In this document: in pieces, positions 18,024 through 28,129 of the stretch
How positions within the stretch are numbered: position 1 is the stretch's first letter
Layout of the letters: each line of letters opens with the position of its first letter
From: Pseudomonadota bacterium
GTDB taxonomy: Bacteria > Pseudomonadota > Alphaproteobacteria > Sphingomonadales > JBCDDR01
DNA: 35,513 bases
Direction of reading: 5' to 3'
Assembly (NCBI GenBank): GCA_039180205.1
Contig: JBCDDR010000002.1
Coordinates: 1-35,513 of the forward strand
Position numbers and translations under genes: made by a program
Notes under the pieces: generated by a model
The model's database searches: none
The model's input: only the letters and a program-made list of their open reading frames with translations
Told to the model about the DNA's origin: nothing

Positions 18024-20441
18024 ATGTCCGAGGCGAAACAAACGGGGACGCTGTTTGATGGGGTTGCGGCGGCCTCTAGCGATAGAAAAGCGGCCTCTGT
18101 CGCGGATGGCGAGCCGGCGCGGTTACCCAAGTTGAATGTGGCGCCGGTGTCCCGGCAAATCTGGGATATGAAATACCGCTTCAAGGGTGCAGACGGTACG
18201 CCTGTTGACAAAACCCTGACCGATAGTTGGCGGCGTGTCGCGAAAGCCCTGGCTGAGGCCGAAGATGAGGCGAACCGCCCGTATTGGGAAGAGGCATTTT
18301 TCCGCGCCCTGGATGATTTCAAGTTTCTACCGGCAGGTCGGATTTTGGCGGGGGCGGGCACAGGGCGTGATGTCACCCTCTTTAATTGTTTCGTAATGGG
18401 CCGGGTACCCGACAATATGGGCGGGATTTTCGAAAACCTCAAAGAAGCTGCGCTTACGATGCAGCAGGGTGGCGGTATCGGGTATGATTTCTCGACGCTG
18501 CGACCGAAAGGTGCAGTTGTCAAAGGGGTAGGTGCTGACGCATCGGGCCCACTCTCCTTTATGGATGTGTGGGACGCGATGTGCCGAACCATTATGAGCG
18601 CAGGCTATCGCCGCGGTGCCATGATGGCGACGATGCGTTGCGACCACCCCGATATTGAAAGCTTCATTGCCGCGAAACAGGACCCTGGCCGGTTGCGAAT
18701 GTTCAACCTCTCGGTTCTTGTGACTGACGAATTCATGGATGCGGTGAAACATGACCGATCATGGGACCTCATCTTTGATAATGCGGTCTTTAAGACCCTG
18801 AAAGCGCGCGATCTGTGGGACCAGATCATGCGTTCAACCTATGCCTATGCCGAGCCGGGGGTTATCTTTATCGACCGGATCAACCAGCGCAATAATCTAG
18901 GCTATTGCGAGACGATTTTCGCAACGAACCCCTGCGGTGAGCAGCCGCTTCCCCCCTATGGTGCGTGCCTGTTGGGGTCAATCAATTTGACGCGTTTTGT
19001 CGATACGCCCTTTGAAGATGGCGCGGAACTCGACTTGTCAGCGCTTACCGAAACGGTGCGCACCGCGGTGCGAATGATGGATAATGTCGTTGATGTATCG
19101 CGTTTCCCGCTTGAGGCGCAGGCCGAAGAAGCGCGCCAGAAACGGCGTATCGGGCTCGGTGTGACAGGGCTTGCCGATGCCCTCATCATGTGTGGTGTGC
19201 GTTATGGTTCAGACGCGTCGCTGAAGCGGATCCGCGCCTGGATGTCGGCCATTCAAAATGCAGCCTATGCGGCATCCGCCGACCTTGCCGCCGAAAAAGG
19301 TGCATTTCCGCTTTTTGAAAAAGACGCTTACCTGGCCTCGCCCTCGCTCGAAACGCTTGATGATAAGGTCCGCGAGAAGATTGAGACCCATGGGATTCGG
19401 AATGCGCTTGTCACCTCAATCGCTCCCACGGGCACAATCTCGCTTTATGCCGATAATGTCTCTTCGGGGTTGGAGCCGGTATTTTCCTTCACCTACACGC
19501 GCAAAGTGTTGATGCCGAACGGCGAACGAAAAGAAGAGCAGGTAAGTGACTATGCCTATCGCCTTTATTGCGAGCGGTTTGGCGAAGAGGCGCCCTTGCC
19601 CGATTATTTTGTCACCGCACTCACGCTGTCGCCCAATGACCATGTGAAAGTTCAGGCCGCCGTGCAGGAGTATGTCGATAGCTCAATTTCCAAAACGATC
19701 AACTGTCCCGAAGATATTTCGTTCGAGGCGTTTAAGACCGTTTATCAGCAGGCCTATGATCTTGGCTGCAAAGGGTGCACAACCTATCGCCCCAATGATG
19801 TAACGGGCTCGGTCCTGTCGGCTGAACCCAGTCAAGAGAACCAACCGTCGCTTGATCTGGAAGAAGAGAGTTCGTCGTCCAGTCCCAAGGATGTATTTGA
19901 AGCAGGTGGCGTGGTTTACATGACCCAGCCGCTCGACCGGCCCGAAGTCCTGCCCGGGAAAACCTATAAGGTTCGCTGGCCAGAGGCCGAACACGCGATG
20001 TACATTACGATCAATGATGTCATTCAGGATGGGAGACGTCGGCCGTTTGAGGTGTTTATCAACTCCAAAAGCCTGGAGCATTATGCCTGGACCGTTGCGC
20101 TAACACGGATGATCAGCGCGGTTTTCCGGCGTGGCGGCGATGTTTCCTTTGTGGTGGAAGAATTGAAAGCGGTGTTTGATCCACGCGGCGGCCAATGGGT
20201 CGCGGGCCGCTATATCCCATCCTTGTTGGCGGCGATCGGCGAGGTCATCGAACAGCATCTCATCGCCATTGGGTTTATTGAGCGGGGCGGAAATGTCATT
20301 CCGGCCCCGGCCCCGACAGATGCCCGCGCAGCCCAGGAGGGATCTGCGATGGCAACCTGTCCCAAATGTTCAATGCCATCGCTTGTTCGTCAAGAAGGCT
20401 GTGATACCTGCATGAGTTGTGGGTATTCGAAATGCGGCTAG
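18024..20441 (+). CDS. nrdJ: Adenosylcobalamin-dependent (class II) ribonucleotide reductase
   Basis: Motifs are FKFLPAGRILAGAG, TLFNCFV, NPCGEQPLPPYGACLLGS and SKTINCPED. The C-terminal Cys-rich tail is CPKCSMPSLVRQEGCDTCMSCGYSKCG. I chose the ATG at 18024, preceded by AGGTGGGA. The track start 17907 is an alternative. Confidence 0.93.
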   Translation: MSEAKQTGTLFDGVAAASSDRKAASVADGEPARLPKLNVAPVSRQIWDMKYRFKGADGTPVDKTLTDSWRRVAKALAEAEDEANRPYWEEAFFRALDDFKFLPAGRILAGAGTGRDVTLFNCFVMGRVPDNMGGIFENLKEAALTMQQGGGIGYDFSTLRPKGAVVKGVGADASGPLSFMDVWDAMCRTIMSAGYRRGAMMATMRCDHPDIESFIAAKQDPGRLRMFNLSVLVTDEFMDAVKHDRSWDLIFDNAVFKTLKARDLWDQIMRSTYAYAEPGVIFIDRINQRNNLGYCETIFATNPCGEQPLPPYGACLLGSINLTRFVDTPFEDGAELDLSALTETVRTAVRMMDNVVDVSRFPLEAQAEEARQKRRIGLGVTGLADALIMCGVRYGSDASLKRIRAWMSAIQNAAYAASADLAAEKGAFPLFEKDAYLASPSLETLDDKVREKIETHGIRNALVTSIAPTGTISLYADNVSSGLEPVFSFTYTRKVLMPNGERKEEQVSDYAYRLYCERFGEEAPLPDYFVTALTLSPNDHVKVQAAVQEYVDSSISKTINCPEDISFEAFKTVYQQAYDLGCKGCTTYRPNDVTGSVLSAEPSQENQPSLDLEEESSSSSPKDVFEAGGVVYMTQPLDRPEVLPGKTYKVRWPEAEHAMYITINDVIQDGRRRPFEVFINSKSLEHYAWTVALTRMISAVFRRGGDVSFVVEELKAVFDPRGGQWVAGRYIPSLLAAIGEVIEQHLIAIGFIERGGNVIPAPAPTDARAAQEGSAMATCPKCSMPSLVRQEGCDTCMSCGYSKCG

Positions 20442-20460
20442 CATCCGTGGTTTCCGCTTG

Positions 20461-21564
20461 ATGTTGCAACCGAGTGCGCCTCAGAAACGGAGCAACGGGC
20501 GGTACGCGCCCTTTTTGCTGCTTTTGTTGTTGGTCGGCCTCATCATTGCCTATGCGCTTTATTGGCGCTCAGCAAGTGCACGCTTTCAGCTCGAAGTAGA
20601 CCGGGCCATCGCAGACCTTTCGGATCAGTCGATCGCACTCGACTTTTCTGATCGCAAGGTTGGTGGTTTCCCCTTTCAGCTTAAGACGACGCTGACGGCC
20701 GTGCGCGTCGCGCAGGCGGGGGCGGGGCTTTCATGGCGCGCCCGCTTTCCCGAATTAGTCATCGTCGCTCAACCTTGGAATGCATCGTTGGTGCTTTATG
20801 GTGGCGGAACCCCGGAGATTGAGGGCGAGATCGACTGGCCCACCCGAGCCGAAACACGCCGCTATCCTTTCACATTGGCGGCGGATGGCTTGCGCGCGAG
20901 CTTTCGCCGGGGCAATGCGGGCGACCAATTTTCCACTCAAAATGCTTTTCAACTGAATGCGGTAAACCTCAACGCCCCAAAGATCTTTGGCAAAGACGTC
21001 CCCTTGCTTGCCGAAAAGCTAGCGCTCTATTTGAGGTTTCCGCCCACCGGAGGTGGCGAAAGCGGTGGGCTTGATGCGCCGATCCAGGCCCAACTCAGTT
21101 TGAGCGCAGGCAATTTCGGCCTTGCAGGCTCGGAGGGGAACCAAGCCCCTGCGACGCGTATTGATGAGGCGAACCTTGCGCTGACCCTTCGCGGCGAAAC
21201 CCGTCCGCGACGCACTGTCTCCGAGCTTATCCGTTGGAATGAAGGCGGCGGAACGCTTGATCTCGATGCGGCAACAGTCTCCCAGGATGGAAAAGAGGCG
21301 GTGCTCAAGGGCACCTTCGCGCTCGATGAGAGGCTCCGTCCGCTGGGCGCGCTCGACGGTAAGGTCACTGATGTCGAGTGGTTTCAGGGTCTTTGGCAGA
21401 ACATAAGCGGGGCAGACTCTTCGACATCGTGGCGCTCTGAAGTCACCGATCGGAATGTCCGCAGTGATGGAAAAACCGTCGCGTCGTTGAGTTTCCAACT
21501 GCAGAACGGGGCGCTTTTGTTGGGCGATACTGAGCTTTTTTCAGTGGCCCCGATCGCCCGCTAA
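20461..21564 (+). CDS. DUF2125-like membrane-anchored protein
   Basis: There is an N-terminal TM (YAPFLLLLLLVGLIIAYALYW). It is followed by ...GGFPFQLKTTLTAVRVA...GLSWRARFPELVIVAQPWN, a pattern I recognise from alphaproteobacterial DUF2125 proteins. Confidence 0.55.
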   Translation: MLQPSAPQKRSNGRYAPFLLLLLLVGLIIAYALYWRSASARFQLEVDRAIADLSDQSIALDFSDRKVGGFPFQLKTTLTAVRVAQAGAGLSWRARFPELVIVAQPWNASLVLYGGGTPEIEGEIDWPTRAETRRYPFTLAADGLRASFRRGNAGDQFSTQNAFQLNAVNLNAPKIFGKDVPLLAEKLALYLRFPPTGGGESGGLDAPIQAQLSLSAGNFGLAGSEGNQAPATRIDEANLALTLRGETRPRRTVSELIRWNEGGGTLDLDAATVSQDGKEAVLKGTFALDERLRPLGALDGKVTDVEWFQGLWQNISGADSSTSWRSEVTDRNVRSDGKTVASLSFQLQNGALLLGDTELFSVAPIAR

Positions 21565-21592
21565 CGCGGCGGGCGGTTCTTACCAAATCTCA

Positions 21593-22516
21593 TCAGCTGC
21601 GGGACGGGTTGGCGAGCCACCAGGTAAGTAAATGGTGTGCAATGGCCAAGTTTGGGGGCACCATGAGGCTTCCGTTTTTCCCGGCAAACGCGGCCTCCAT
21701 CTCTGCGCGGGAGACCCAGATCGCATCCTCAATCTCGGTGGTATCTAGCACGAGATCTTTGGTGTGGGCTTTGGCGACGCAACCGATCATAAGGCTTGAA
21801 GGAAATGGCCAGGGCTGACTGGCGACATAGCGGACGTCGCTTACCCGAATGCCGGCCTCTTCCCACGTTTCGCGCTCGACGGCCTCTTCGATTGTTTCGC
21901 CGGGTTCGACAAATCCGGCGAGTGCAGAATAAAAGCCCGGCGGAAATCCAGGCTGGCGGCCAAGCAACGCGTGATCGTCAAAGAGCGGGAGCATGATGAC
22001 AACGGGATCTGTACGCGGGAAATGCTGGGCGCCACAGTTTGGACAATGCCGCGCATATCCCGCTTTTGCGAGATCGGTCTCTGCCCCACATTGTGAGCAC
22101 GCCCGATGGGTGTGATGCCAGGATAGGAGGGACCGGGCCTGAGCCAGGATGCCGGCGCGACCATCGCCGAGCTGGGCGCCCGCTGACCTCGCATCGAGAA
22201 ACTTCTGGTCCTCCGATTTGAGTGCGGCTGCCACATCAGCATCGTCGATCGAGGCGGCAAAACATGGCACTTTGTTGTGATCTTCTCCTAAAAAGATCGT
22301 CTCCAGGTTATTTGTCAGATCGCCAGCCGCCGGATACCACGCAATCTCAAGGTCTGCGCCGAGCTTGATCAGCGGGCGAAGCTTGTGAAAAGGCCAGGTT
22401 TTCGCGTCGGGCCTGGATCTCAGCTTGTCGACTTCGTCTCGATTGCCTCGAATATCATCCCGCCGGTCGAGGGGATTGCCAACAAACCCGATGAGTTGCG
22501 GCTCAAACTTGATCAT
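21593..22516 (-). CDS. nudC: NADH pyrophosphatase (Nudix hydrolase NudC)
   Basis: The zinc ribbon is CSQCGAETDL...CPNCGAQHFPR. The Nudix box is GFVEPGETIEEAVERETWEEAGI. The NudC signature is SQPWPFPSS. I chose the ATG at 22516 (MIKFEPQ). Confidence 0.9.
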   Translation of the reverse strand: MIKFEPQLIGFVGNPLDRRDDIRGNRDEVDKLRSRPDAKTWPFHKLRPLIKLGADLEIAWYPAAGDLTNNLETIFLGEDHNKVPCFAASIDDADVAAALKSEDQKFLDARSAGAQLGDGRAGILAQARSLLSWHHTHRACSQCGAETDLAKAGYARHCPNCGAQHFPRTDPVVIMLPLFDDHALLGRQPGFPPGFYSALAGFVEPGETIEEAVERETWEEAGIRVSDVRYVASQPWPFPSSLMIGCVAKAHTKDLVLDTTEIEDAIWVSRAEMEAAFAGKNGSLMVPPNLAIAHHLLTWWLANPSRS

Positions 22517-22619
22517 AAAGGTAGCTCTTTTTTTAGTGGGGTGACCAGACGACGCGCAGGATCGATGCCAAAAAAGCTGACCTACCCCTTGCATGCAAGC
22601 ATGAATTCGCCGATATAGC

Positions 22620-22722
22620 GAGGTGGAAGAAGGGCGCGGACGAGCCACTCGCCAACCCGGTCAGGTCCGGAAGGAAGCAGCCGTAACGAATTCGGTTCGG
22701 GTCATGTTCCTTCTTCCACTCA
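22620..22722 (+). ncRNA. ffs: Signal recognition particle RNA (small/4.5S type)
   Basis: It contains the invariant domain IV sequence GGTCAGGTCCGGAAGGAAGCAGCC (22658-22682). A closing helix pairs gtggaagaagg (22623-22633) with ccttcttccac (22709-22719). It lies directly upstream of dnaX, as in many bacteria. The ends are accurate to about +/-5 nt. Confidence 0.88.
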
Positions 22723-22834
22723 TCCCCGTCTCTAATGTCTCCGTGCCAAAATAGGTGGTGTTCTGCCGCTTTCACTCGCGCCGCAGCTGATTGACCCTTT
22801 CCCTTGCGGCCAGGAGCAGGCTAAGCTTCGCGCC

Positions 22835-24790
22835 ATGGCGAATGATCTCCCTCCCGATCAAAAAACAAACGAAGACTACCGCGTCCTCGCGCGGAAATAT
22901 CGACCCCAGACCTTTGCCGAATTGATCGGTCAGGAGGCGATGGTGCGCACGCTCAAAAATGCGATTGCCATCAATCGGATCGCACACGCATTCATGCTGA
23001 CCGGTGTTCGAGGTGTGGGGAAAACGACCACCGCCCGGCTCATCGCAAAGGCGCTGAATTGTGTCGGGCCCGACGGTCTCGGCACCGAAACGGTCAGTCC
23101 CTGCGGGGTATGCCCGTTTTGCGTTGCCATTGCTGAAGGCAAAGGCGTCGACGTTATCGAAATGGATGCGGCAAGCCATACCAGCGTGAACGACGTCCGC
23201 GAAATTACCGAGGGGGTCCGCTACACCAACCAGGCGGCGCGATATCGCGTCTTCATCATTGATGAAGTGCATATGTTGTCACGGCAGGCTTTCAATGCGC
23301 TTCTAAAAACGCTCGAGGAACCGCCCGGCCATGTGAAGTTTATTCTCGCGACGACCGAAATCCGAAAGGTCCCCATCACGGTTTTATCGCGTTGCCAGCG
23401 GTTCGACCTGAAACGCATTCCTGTACCCATACTGATCGACCATTTCGCGACGATTGCCAAATCCGAAGCCATCTCGATTGATCAGGAATCGCTCTCGATC
23501 ATCGCGCGTGCAGCGGACGGGTCGGTCCGCGATGGGCTCTCGATGTTAGACCAGGCGATCGCCCATGGTGGAAACGACGTGAAAGCCGAGACCACGCGGG
23601 CGATGCTCGGTCTTGCGGATCGTTCGCGCGTGATGGCGCTTGTTGATGCAGCGACCGATGGGAAGCCCGCTGAAGCTGCTCAGCTGTTGCTTGATCAGTA
23701 TGACCAGGGGGCGGACCCCGTGATGTTGATCGGGGATATGTTGGATATTGTTCACCTCGCGACCCGGTTTCAGGTCGTCCAATCAGCTCAAAACGACCCG
23801 GCTTTAAGCGCGGTGGAGCGCGAGGGTGCGGCGCGTCTTGCCGATCGCCTCACGATGATGGCACTCAACCGGTTGTGGCAAATGCTTCTCAAGGGCCATG
23901 CTGAGGTGCGCGATGCTGCTCGACCGATTGCAGCAGCCGAAATGCTGATCTACCGGATCGCTTACGCAAGCAATTTGCCCGACCCTGCCGCCCTGATCCG
24001 TACGCTCGAAACCAACAGCCAAGCCCCTGAACTGCCAACTCAAAAGCCGGAAAGGAAAGAGCGGCCTGCGGATACCCCCATTTCGACGGTTGAAGAGAGC
24101 ACGACTTCAGCGGAACTCGATCCGCCTTCGCACGCGCCGGATAACGACGATGAAATGTCCATGGTTGCGGGACCCGGCGAGACACCTATCGCGCCCGAAC
24201 CTGTCCAGCATTTGCCAACAAACGTTATCCCGCTTCATCAAGGAAAAGAAGTGGATCGGCGGACAACCCCATCCCAGACGGCACCACAAACACCCGATGC
24301 CGCGCTCAAGTTGTTGATCGAAGACATTGGCACGCGGGGTCTGGAAGGCGGCGAGGGGCTGACTTTCTTCGCATGCGTTGTTGCCCTTTTTACGCATCAT
24401 CTGGAAAGCCGGTTGGCGTTTGATCTGACCGACAATGTGAAATTCCGTTCGTTCCGGATAAAGGATGGCCGTTATCACCTAAGACTTGCCGCATTGGCCG
24501 CGTTAGGGCCTGACTTTGGCCGCCGCATTGCCAGACTTTTGCGCGAATGGACGGGCGCTGAGTGGGTTGTTGAGATTGAGCCCGCGTCCAAAGAGACCGC
24601 GCTTTTGAGTCTTCGGGAGGTCGAAGACCGAGAAGCCGAGGCCTTTCGCCAGAGAGCCCTTGCGCATCCCCTCGTGAAAGCTGTATTCGAAACTTTCCCC
24701 GATGCGCGATTGCACGAAATAAAGCCCGCCGCGTCCGGTCAATTGCCGACACCTGCCAAAAATGGCACGAAAGGAGACCTGAAATCGTGA
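22835..24790 (+). CDS. dnaX: DNA polymerase III subunit tau (gamma/tau)
   Basis: Motifs are YRVLARKYRPQTFAELIGQ, HAFMLTGVRGVGKTT, the CGVCPFC zinc module and IIDEVHMLS. A Pro/acidic linker and a C-terminal tau domain follow. Confidence 0.95.
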   Translation: MANDLPPDQKTNEDYRVLARKYRPQTFAELIGQEAMVRTLKNAIAINRIAHAFMLTGVRGVGKTTTARLIAKALNCVGPDGLGTETVSPCGVCPFCVAIAEGKGVDVIEMDAASHTSVNDVREITEGVRYTNQAARYRVFIIDEVHMLSRQAFNALLKTLEEPPGHVKFILATTEIRKVPITVLSRCQRFDLKRIPVPILIDHFATIAKSEAISIDQESLSIIARAADGSVRDGLSMLDQAIAHGGNDVKAETTRAMLGLADRSRVMALVDAATDGKPAEAAQLLLDQYDQGADPVMLIGDMLDIVHLATRFQVVQSAQNDPALSAVEREGAARLADRLTMMALNRLWQMLLKGHAEVRDAARPIAAAEMLIYRIAYASNLPDPAALIRTLETNSQAPELPTQKPERKERPADTPISTVEESTTSAELDPPSHAPDNDDEMSMVAGPGETPIAPEPVQHLPTNVIPLHQGKEVDRRTTPSQTAPQTPDAALKLLIEDIGTRGLEGGEGLTFFACVVALFTHHLESRLAFDLTDNVKFRSFRIKDGRYHLRLAALAALGPDFGRRIARLLREWTGAEWVVEIEPASKETALLSLREVEDREAEAFRQRALAHPLVKAVFETFPDARLHEIKPAASGQLPTPAKNGTKGDLKS

Positions 24791-25110
24791 AAAACCTGTC
24801 TCAAATGATGAAGCAGGCCCAGCAGATGCAGGAGAAGATGGCCGCACTGCAAGAAAGTCAGGCGGAGCTTGAGGTCACAGGTTCCGCGGGCGCAGGGCTT
24901 GTCACCTGTACCGTCAACGGCAAAGGCGAACTCAAGTCGACAAAGATTGACGTATCACTTTTGAAGCCAGACGAAGCTGAGATCGTTGAGGATCTGATCG
25001 TGGCGGCCTACGCCGACGCGCGCGGCAAAGCCGATGAAGCCATGCAGGAAAAAATGAGCGAACTGACCGGTGGGTTGCAATTGCCCCCGGGATTCAAATT
25101 GCCGTTTTAA
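24787..25110 (+). CDS. ybaB: Nucleoid-associated protein YbaB/EbfC
   Basis: 107 aa: MKQAQQMQEKMAALQE...GAGLVTCTVNGKGE. The GTG start overlaps the dnaX stop (GTGA). Confidence 0.9.
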   Translation: MKNLSQMMKQAQQMQEKMAALQESQAELEVTGSAGAGLVTCTVNGKGELKSTKIDVSLLKPDEAEIVEDLIVAAYADARGKADEAMQEKMSELTGGLQLPPGFKLPF

Positions 25111-25143
25111 CGTGTCCCGTCGCTTACCCTTTTATCCAATCGG

Positions 25144-25749
25144 ATGAGCCATCCTGAGCTTGATGTTCTGATCCGCGCGATGTCGCGGCTGCCGGGGCTC
25201 GGGCCTCGTTCTGCGCGGCGTGCGGTCATTCATCTCTTGAAACATCGCGACACTCAACTGGGGCCGCTGATTGAGGCGATGACTCGCGTTTCAAGTGCGC
25301 TTTCTCCCTGTCCTATCTGCCACAATATGGACACGCGCTCCCCTTGCAGCATCTGTACCGACCCGCGCCGCAACCTGCGCCAGCTGTGCGTTGTTGAGGA
25401 TATCGCCGATTTATGGGCGCTTGAACGCGCGCAGAATTTTCGCGGCAAATTTCATGTTCTGGGCGGTACATTGTCGGCCATGGATGGGGTTCAGCCTGAC
25501 GACCTCAATATTTCAACATTGGTGGGACGGGTTCGCAAAGGTGAAACCGATGAGGTGATCATCGCGCTCAGCGCGACCGTCGAGGGGCAGACGACCGCGC
25601 ATTATGTGGCGGATCAGTTGGCGGGGTTTGACGTGTCGGTGACGGGCCTCGCGCACGGCGTGCCCTTGGGGGGGGAACTGGATTATCTTGATGATGGCAC
25701 GCTTACCCAGGCCATGAAAGCGCGCCGCCCTCTCAATGAGAGGACCTAG
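25144..25749 (+). CDS. recR: Recombination protein RecR
   Basis: LPGLGPRSARR is the HhH motif. The Cys4 motif is CPICHNMDTRSPCSIC. The Toprim region is EVIIALSATVEGQTTAHY. Confidence 0.95.
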   Translation: MSHPELDVLIRAMSRLPGLGPRSARRAVIHLLKHRDTQLGPLIEAMTRVSSALSPCPICHNMDTRSPCSICTDPRRNLRQLCVVEDIADLWALERAQNFRGKFHVLGGTLSAMDGVQPDDLNISTLVGRVRKGETDEVIIALSATVEGQTTAHYVADQLAGFDVSVTGLAHGVPLGGELDYLDDGTLTQAMKARRPLNERT

Positions 25750-25766
25750 GGTCCTGACTGACCCTA
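25747..25766. terminator. 7-bp hairpin (tagggtc-ctgact-gacccta) whose two arms contain the convergent stop codons of recR and the HIT gene
   Basis: Read directly from the sequence. The recR TAG is at 25747-25749 and the HIT TAG (minus strand) is at 25764-25766. An alternative hairpin, aggacc-tag-ggtcct, lies at 25741-25755. There is no U-tract. Confidence 0.3.
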
Positions 25767-26150
25767 ATCCTCACCGCCCATGAGCATCGGTCCGAGTGGC
25801 CTTCCCGCGAATAAATGCACATGGAGGTGTGGGACCTCTTGGTGGGCGTCATGTCCGGCGTTGGCGAGCAGCCGATATCCACTGTCTTCAAGGCCAAGAT
25901 CGCGGGCAACAAGGCCGATCGCGCGGATAAATCCCACAATTAACGCATCATCGGCAAGTTCGGTGAAGTCAGCCCACGACACAAATGCGCCTTTTGGGAT
26001 CACCAAAACATGAGTTGGCGCTTGCGGGTTTATGTCATGAAAAGCGAGTGCGAATTCGTCCTCGTACACCCGTTTACAGGGGATTTCGCCGCGCAAGATC
26101 TTCGCAAAGATATTCGTCTCGTCATAGGACGCGCGTGCTTCTACCGCCAT
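25764..26150 (-). CDS. HIT-family (histidine triad, Hint-like) nucleotide hydrolase
   Basis: Motifs are NIFAKILRGEIPC, AFHDINPQAPTHVLVIPKG and HQEVPHLHVHLFAG. I chose the ATG at 26150, preceded by GGAGGTGG. Confidence 0.88.
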   Translation of the reverse strand: MAVEARASYDETNIFAKILRGEIPCKRVYEDEFALAFHDINPQAPTHVLVIPKGAFVSWADFTELADDALIVGFIRAIGLVARDLGLEDSGYRLLANAGHDAHQEVPHLHVHLFAGRPLGPMLMGGED

Positions 26151-26178
26151 GGGGCCACCTCCAGATTTCGGGTTTTGT

Positions 26179-26517
26179 TCACGATTTGCCGCGGGATGCT
26201 TTTTCTTTGAGGCCTGAAATCCCCTCGCGCGCGGCAAGCTCATCGCGCACCTCATCGAGTGAGATACCACAGTCCACCAACAGCATGATCAGATGGAACA
26301 ACAGATCGCCAGCTTCGGCAACGATTTCATCGTGTCCCTCACCCACAGCGGCGAGTGCGGTTTCAACGGCTTCTTCGCCAAGTTTTTGGGCGATCTTCAA
26401 GCGGCCTTTTTGCGCCAGTTTGGCGACATAGGATTCTTTAGGGTCGGCATCGCGACGGGTTTCAATGATTTCATAAAGCCGGTCGAAAATATCAGCAGAC
26501 GCGGTAGATTTTGACAC
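26179..26517 (-). CDS. hisE: Phosphoribosyl-ATP pyrophosphatase
   Basis: 112 aa: SYVAKLAQKGRLKIAQKLGEEAVETALA...EAGDLLFHLIMLL. Confidence 0.9.
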   Translation of the reverse strand: MSKSTASADIFDRLYEIIETRRDADPKESYVAKLAQKGRLKIAQKLGEEAVETALAAVGEGHDEIVAEAGDLLFHLIMLLVDCGISLDEVRDELAAREGISGLKEKASRGKS

Positions 26518-26552
26518 AGAAAAGGGTCCTCATATGCAGATCGGTCAGAGAA

Positions 26553-27317
26553 TTAATGCGTTTGTCTCACCGCAATCCCTGCGTTTGCCATATGTGCCTT
26601 GGCTTCGGCAATCGAATAGGTACCAAAATGAAAAATAGATGCCGCGAGCACCGCGCTTGCCCCGCCGTCGCGCACACCTTCGACCAGATGGTCGAGGCTG
26701 CCAACGCCACCTGACGCGATCACGGGGATTGCCACCCGGCGGGTGATCGCTCGGGTAAGATTGATGTCAAACCCGTCTTTCGTACCATCACGATCCATGG
26801 AGGTGAGGAGGATTTCTCCCGCGCCCAGCTTTGCGACGTGTTCGGCATAGCTGACGGCATCGACCCCGGTCGGTGTGCGCCCCCCGTGTGTAAAGACTTC
26901 CCATTTGCCCGGGGCGACCGCCTTTGCATCAATCGCAACGACAATACATTGGCTGCCAAATCCTGCGGCCAGGTCCGACACCAGCTCGGGGCGCTTTACC
27001 GCCGCTGTCATAACCGAGACCTTATCTGCGCCAGCGAGCAACAGCTTGCGCACATCCTCGGCCGTGCGGACCCCTCCGCCCACAGTCAGGGGCATGAAGC
27101 ATCGCTCAGCCGTATCCTTCACCACATCGAAAAGGATTGAGCGGTCATCGGATGAGGCTGTGATATCGAGGAAACACAGCTCGTCAGCACCGGCATCATC
27201 ATAGGCGGATGCCTGTTCAACCGGATCGCCCGCATCAACCAGATTTACGAAATTGATGCCTTTGACCACGCGGCCGGATTTGACATCAAGACATGGGATG
27301 ACACGGGTTTTCAGCAT
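26553..27317 (-). CDS. hisF: Imidazole glycerol phosphate synthase cyclase subunit
   Basis: Motifs are [36 protein letters not shown] and ASGGVG. Confidence 0.96.
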   Translation of the reverse strand: MLKTRVIPCLDVKSGRVVKGINFVNLVDAGDPVEQASAYDDAGADELCFLDITASSDDRSILFDVVKDTAERCFMPLTVGGGVRTAEDVRKLLLAGADKVSVMTAAVKRPELVSDLAAGFGSQCIVVAIDAKAVAPGKWEVFTHGGRTPTGVDAVSYAEHVAKLGAGEILLTSMDRDGTKDGFDINLTRAITRRVAIPVIASGGVGSLDHLVEGVRDGGASAVLAASIFHFGTYSIAEAKAHMANAGIAVRQTH

Positions 27318-28072
27318 CGCGAAATCGGCTCGTCGGCGTTGTTTTCAATCCACGTAAGGGCTGCTTTCAAATCGAGCCTGCCATCGTAGATCGCGCGCCC
27401 GGCGATGACGCCATCGATCGTGCCCGTCGTATCCCTTGCGGCCCTGGCGACGGCCTCAATGTCCGCCATCCCTGCAACGCCGCCAGACGCGATAATCGGA
27501 ATATCCACCGCCTCGGCGAGTGCCTGCGTGGCCGCCACATTCACACCCCCGAGAAGACCATCGCGGTCGATATCGGTGAAGATGATGGCGGCGACGCCAG
27601 CGTCAGCAAAAGCATTCGCCAGTTGATGGGCATGAAGCTCCGATGTTTCTGCCCAGCCTTCAACCGCGACCTGCCCTTTGCGGGCGTCAATCCCAACGAC
27701 AATCTGGCCAGGCCAACGCCAGGCTGCGCGGCGCACCAGATCAGGATCGCGAACGGCGACAGTGCCGAGAATGACCCGGGCAATCCCGCGATCGAGCCAT
27801 CGTTCGATATCGGCTTCGGTACGGATACCACCGCCGAGCTGAACCGGTATGTCAATCTGGTCCAAAACGGCCTCGACCGCTTTCCCATTGACGGTATGGC
27901 CTGCGAATGCGCCGTTCAAATCGACAATATGAAGCCATTTCGCGCCTGCGTTTGTGAAGTCAATCGCTTGCGCTGCCGGGCTTTCAGAGAAAACCGTGGC
28001 GTCATCCATTTCACCCTGGCGGAGACGTACGCAAGCACCGTCTTTGAGATCAATCGCGGGGAAAAGGTGCAT
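27311..28072 (-). CDS. hisA: ProFAR isomerase (1-(5-phosphoribosyl)-5-[(5-phosphoribosylamino)methylideneamino]imidazole-4-carboxamide isomerase)
   Basis: Motifs are [34 protein letters not shown] and IASGGV. It overlaps hisF by 7 nt. Confidence 0.95.
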   Translation of the reverse strand: MHLFPAIDLKDGACVRLRQGEMDDATVFSESPAAQAIDFTNAGAKWLHIVDLNGAFAGHTVNGKAVEAVLDQIDIPVQLGGGIRTEADIERWLDRGIARVILGTVAVRDPDLVRRAAWRWPGQIVVGIDARKGQVAVEGWAETSELHAHQLANAFADAGVAAIIFTDIDRDGLLGGVNVAATQALAEAVDIPIIASGGVAGMADIEAVARAARDTTGTIDGVIAGRAIYDGRLDLKAALTWIENNADEPISRC

Positions 28073-28129
28073 GAATGTGCAACCAACAACGAGGTTAAGC
28101 CAAGAACCACAGACAAGGGAATATTCAGG

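Noticed and set aside
17975-18592. 205-aa antisense ORF inside nrdJ. Comparable cases are 21019-21498 in the DUF2125 gene, 31169-31753 in hslU, 22772-23272 opposite dnaX and 33497-34102 opposite the receptor gene.
   Set aside because: All are Arg/Pro/Ser/Ala-rich and motif-less. They lie opposite genes with unambiguous family signatures, so they are classic GC-rich shadow ORFs.
22385-22775. ORFs 22385-22618 (+) and 22533-22775 (-) between nudC and dnaX
   Set aside because: The region is explained by the nudC 5' end and the SRP RNA gene, which carries an exact domain IV motif and a closing helix. The ORFs have no coding features.
22835-24790. E. coli-type programmed -1 frameshift site (A AAA AAG) for a gamma subunit in dnaX
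   Set aside because: I found no AAAAAAG heptamer in the appropriate middle part of the gene. The only A-run (near 22860) is at the extreme 5' end and reads aaaaaac.
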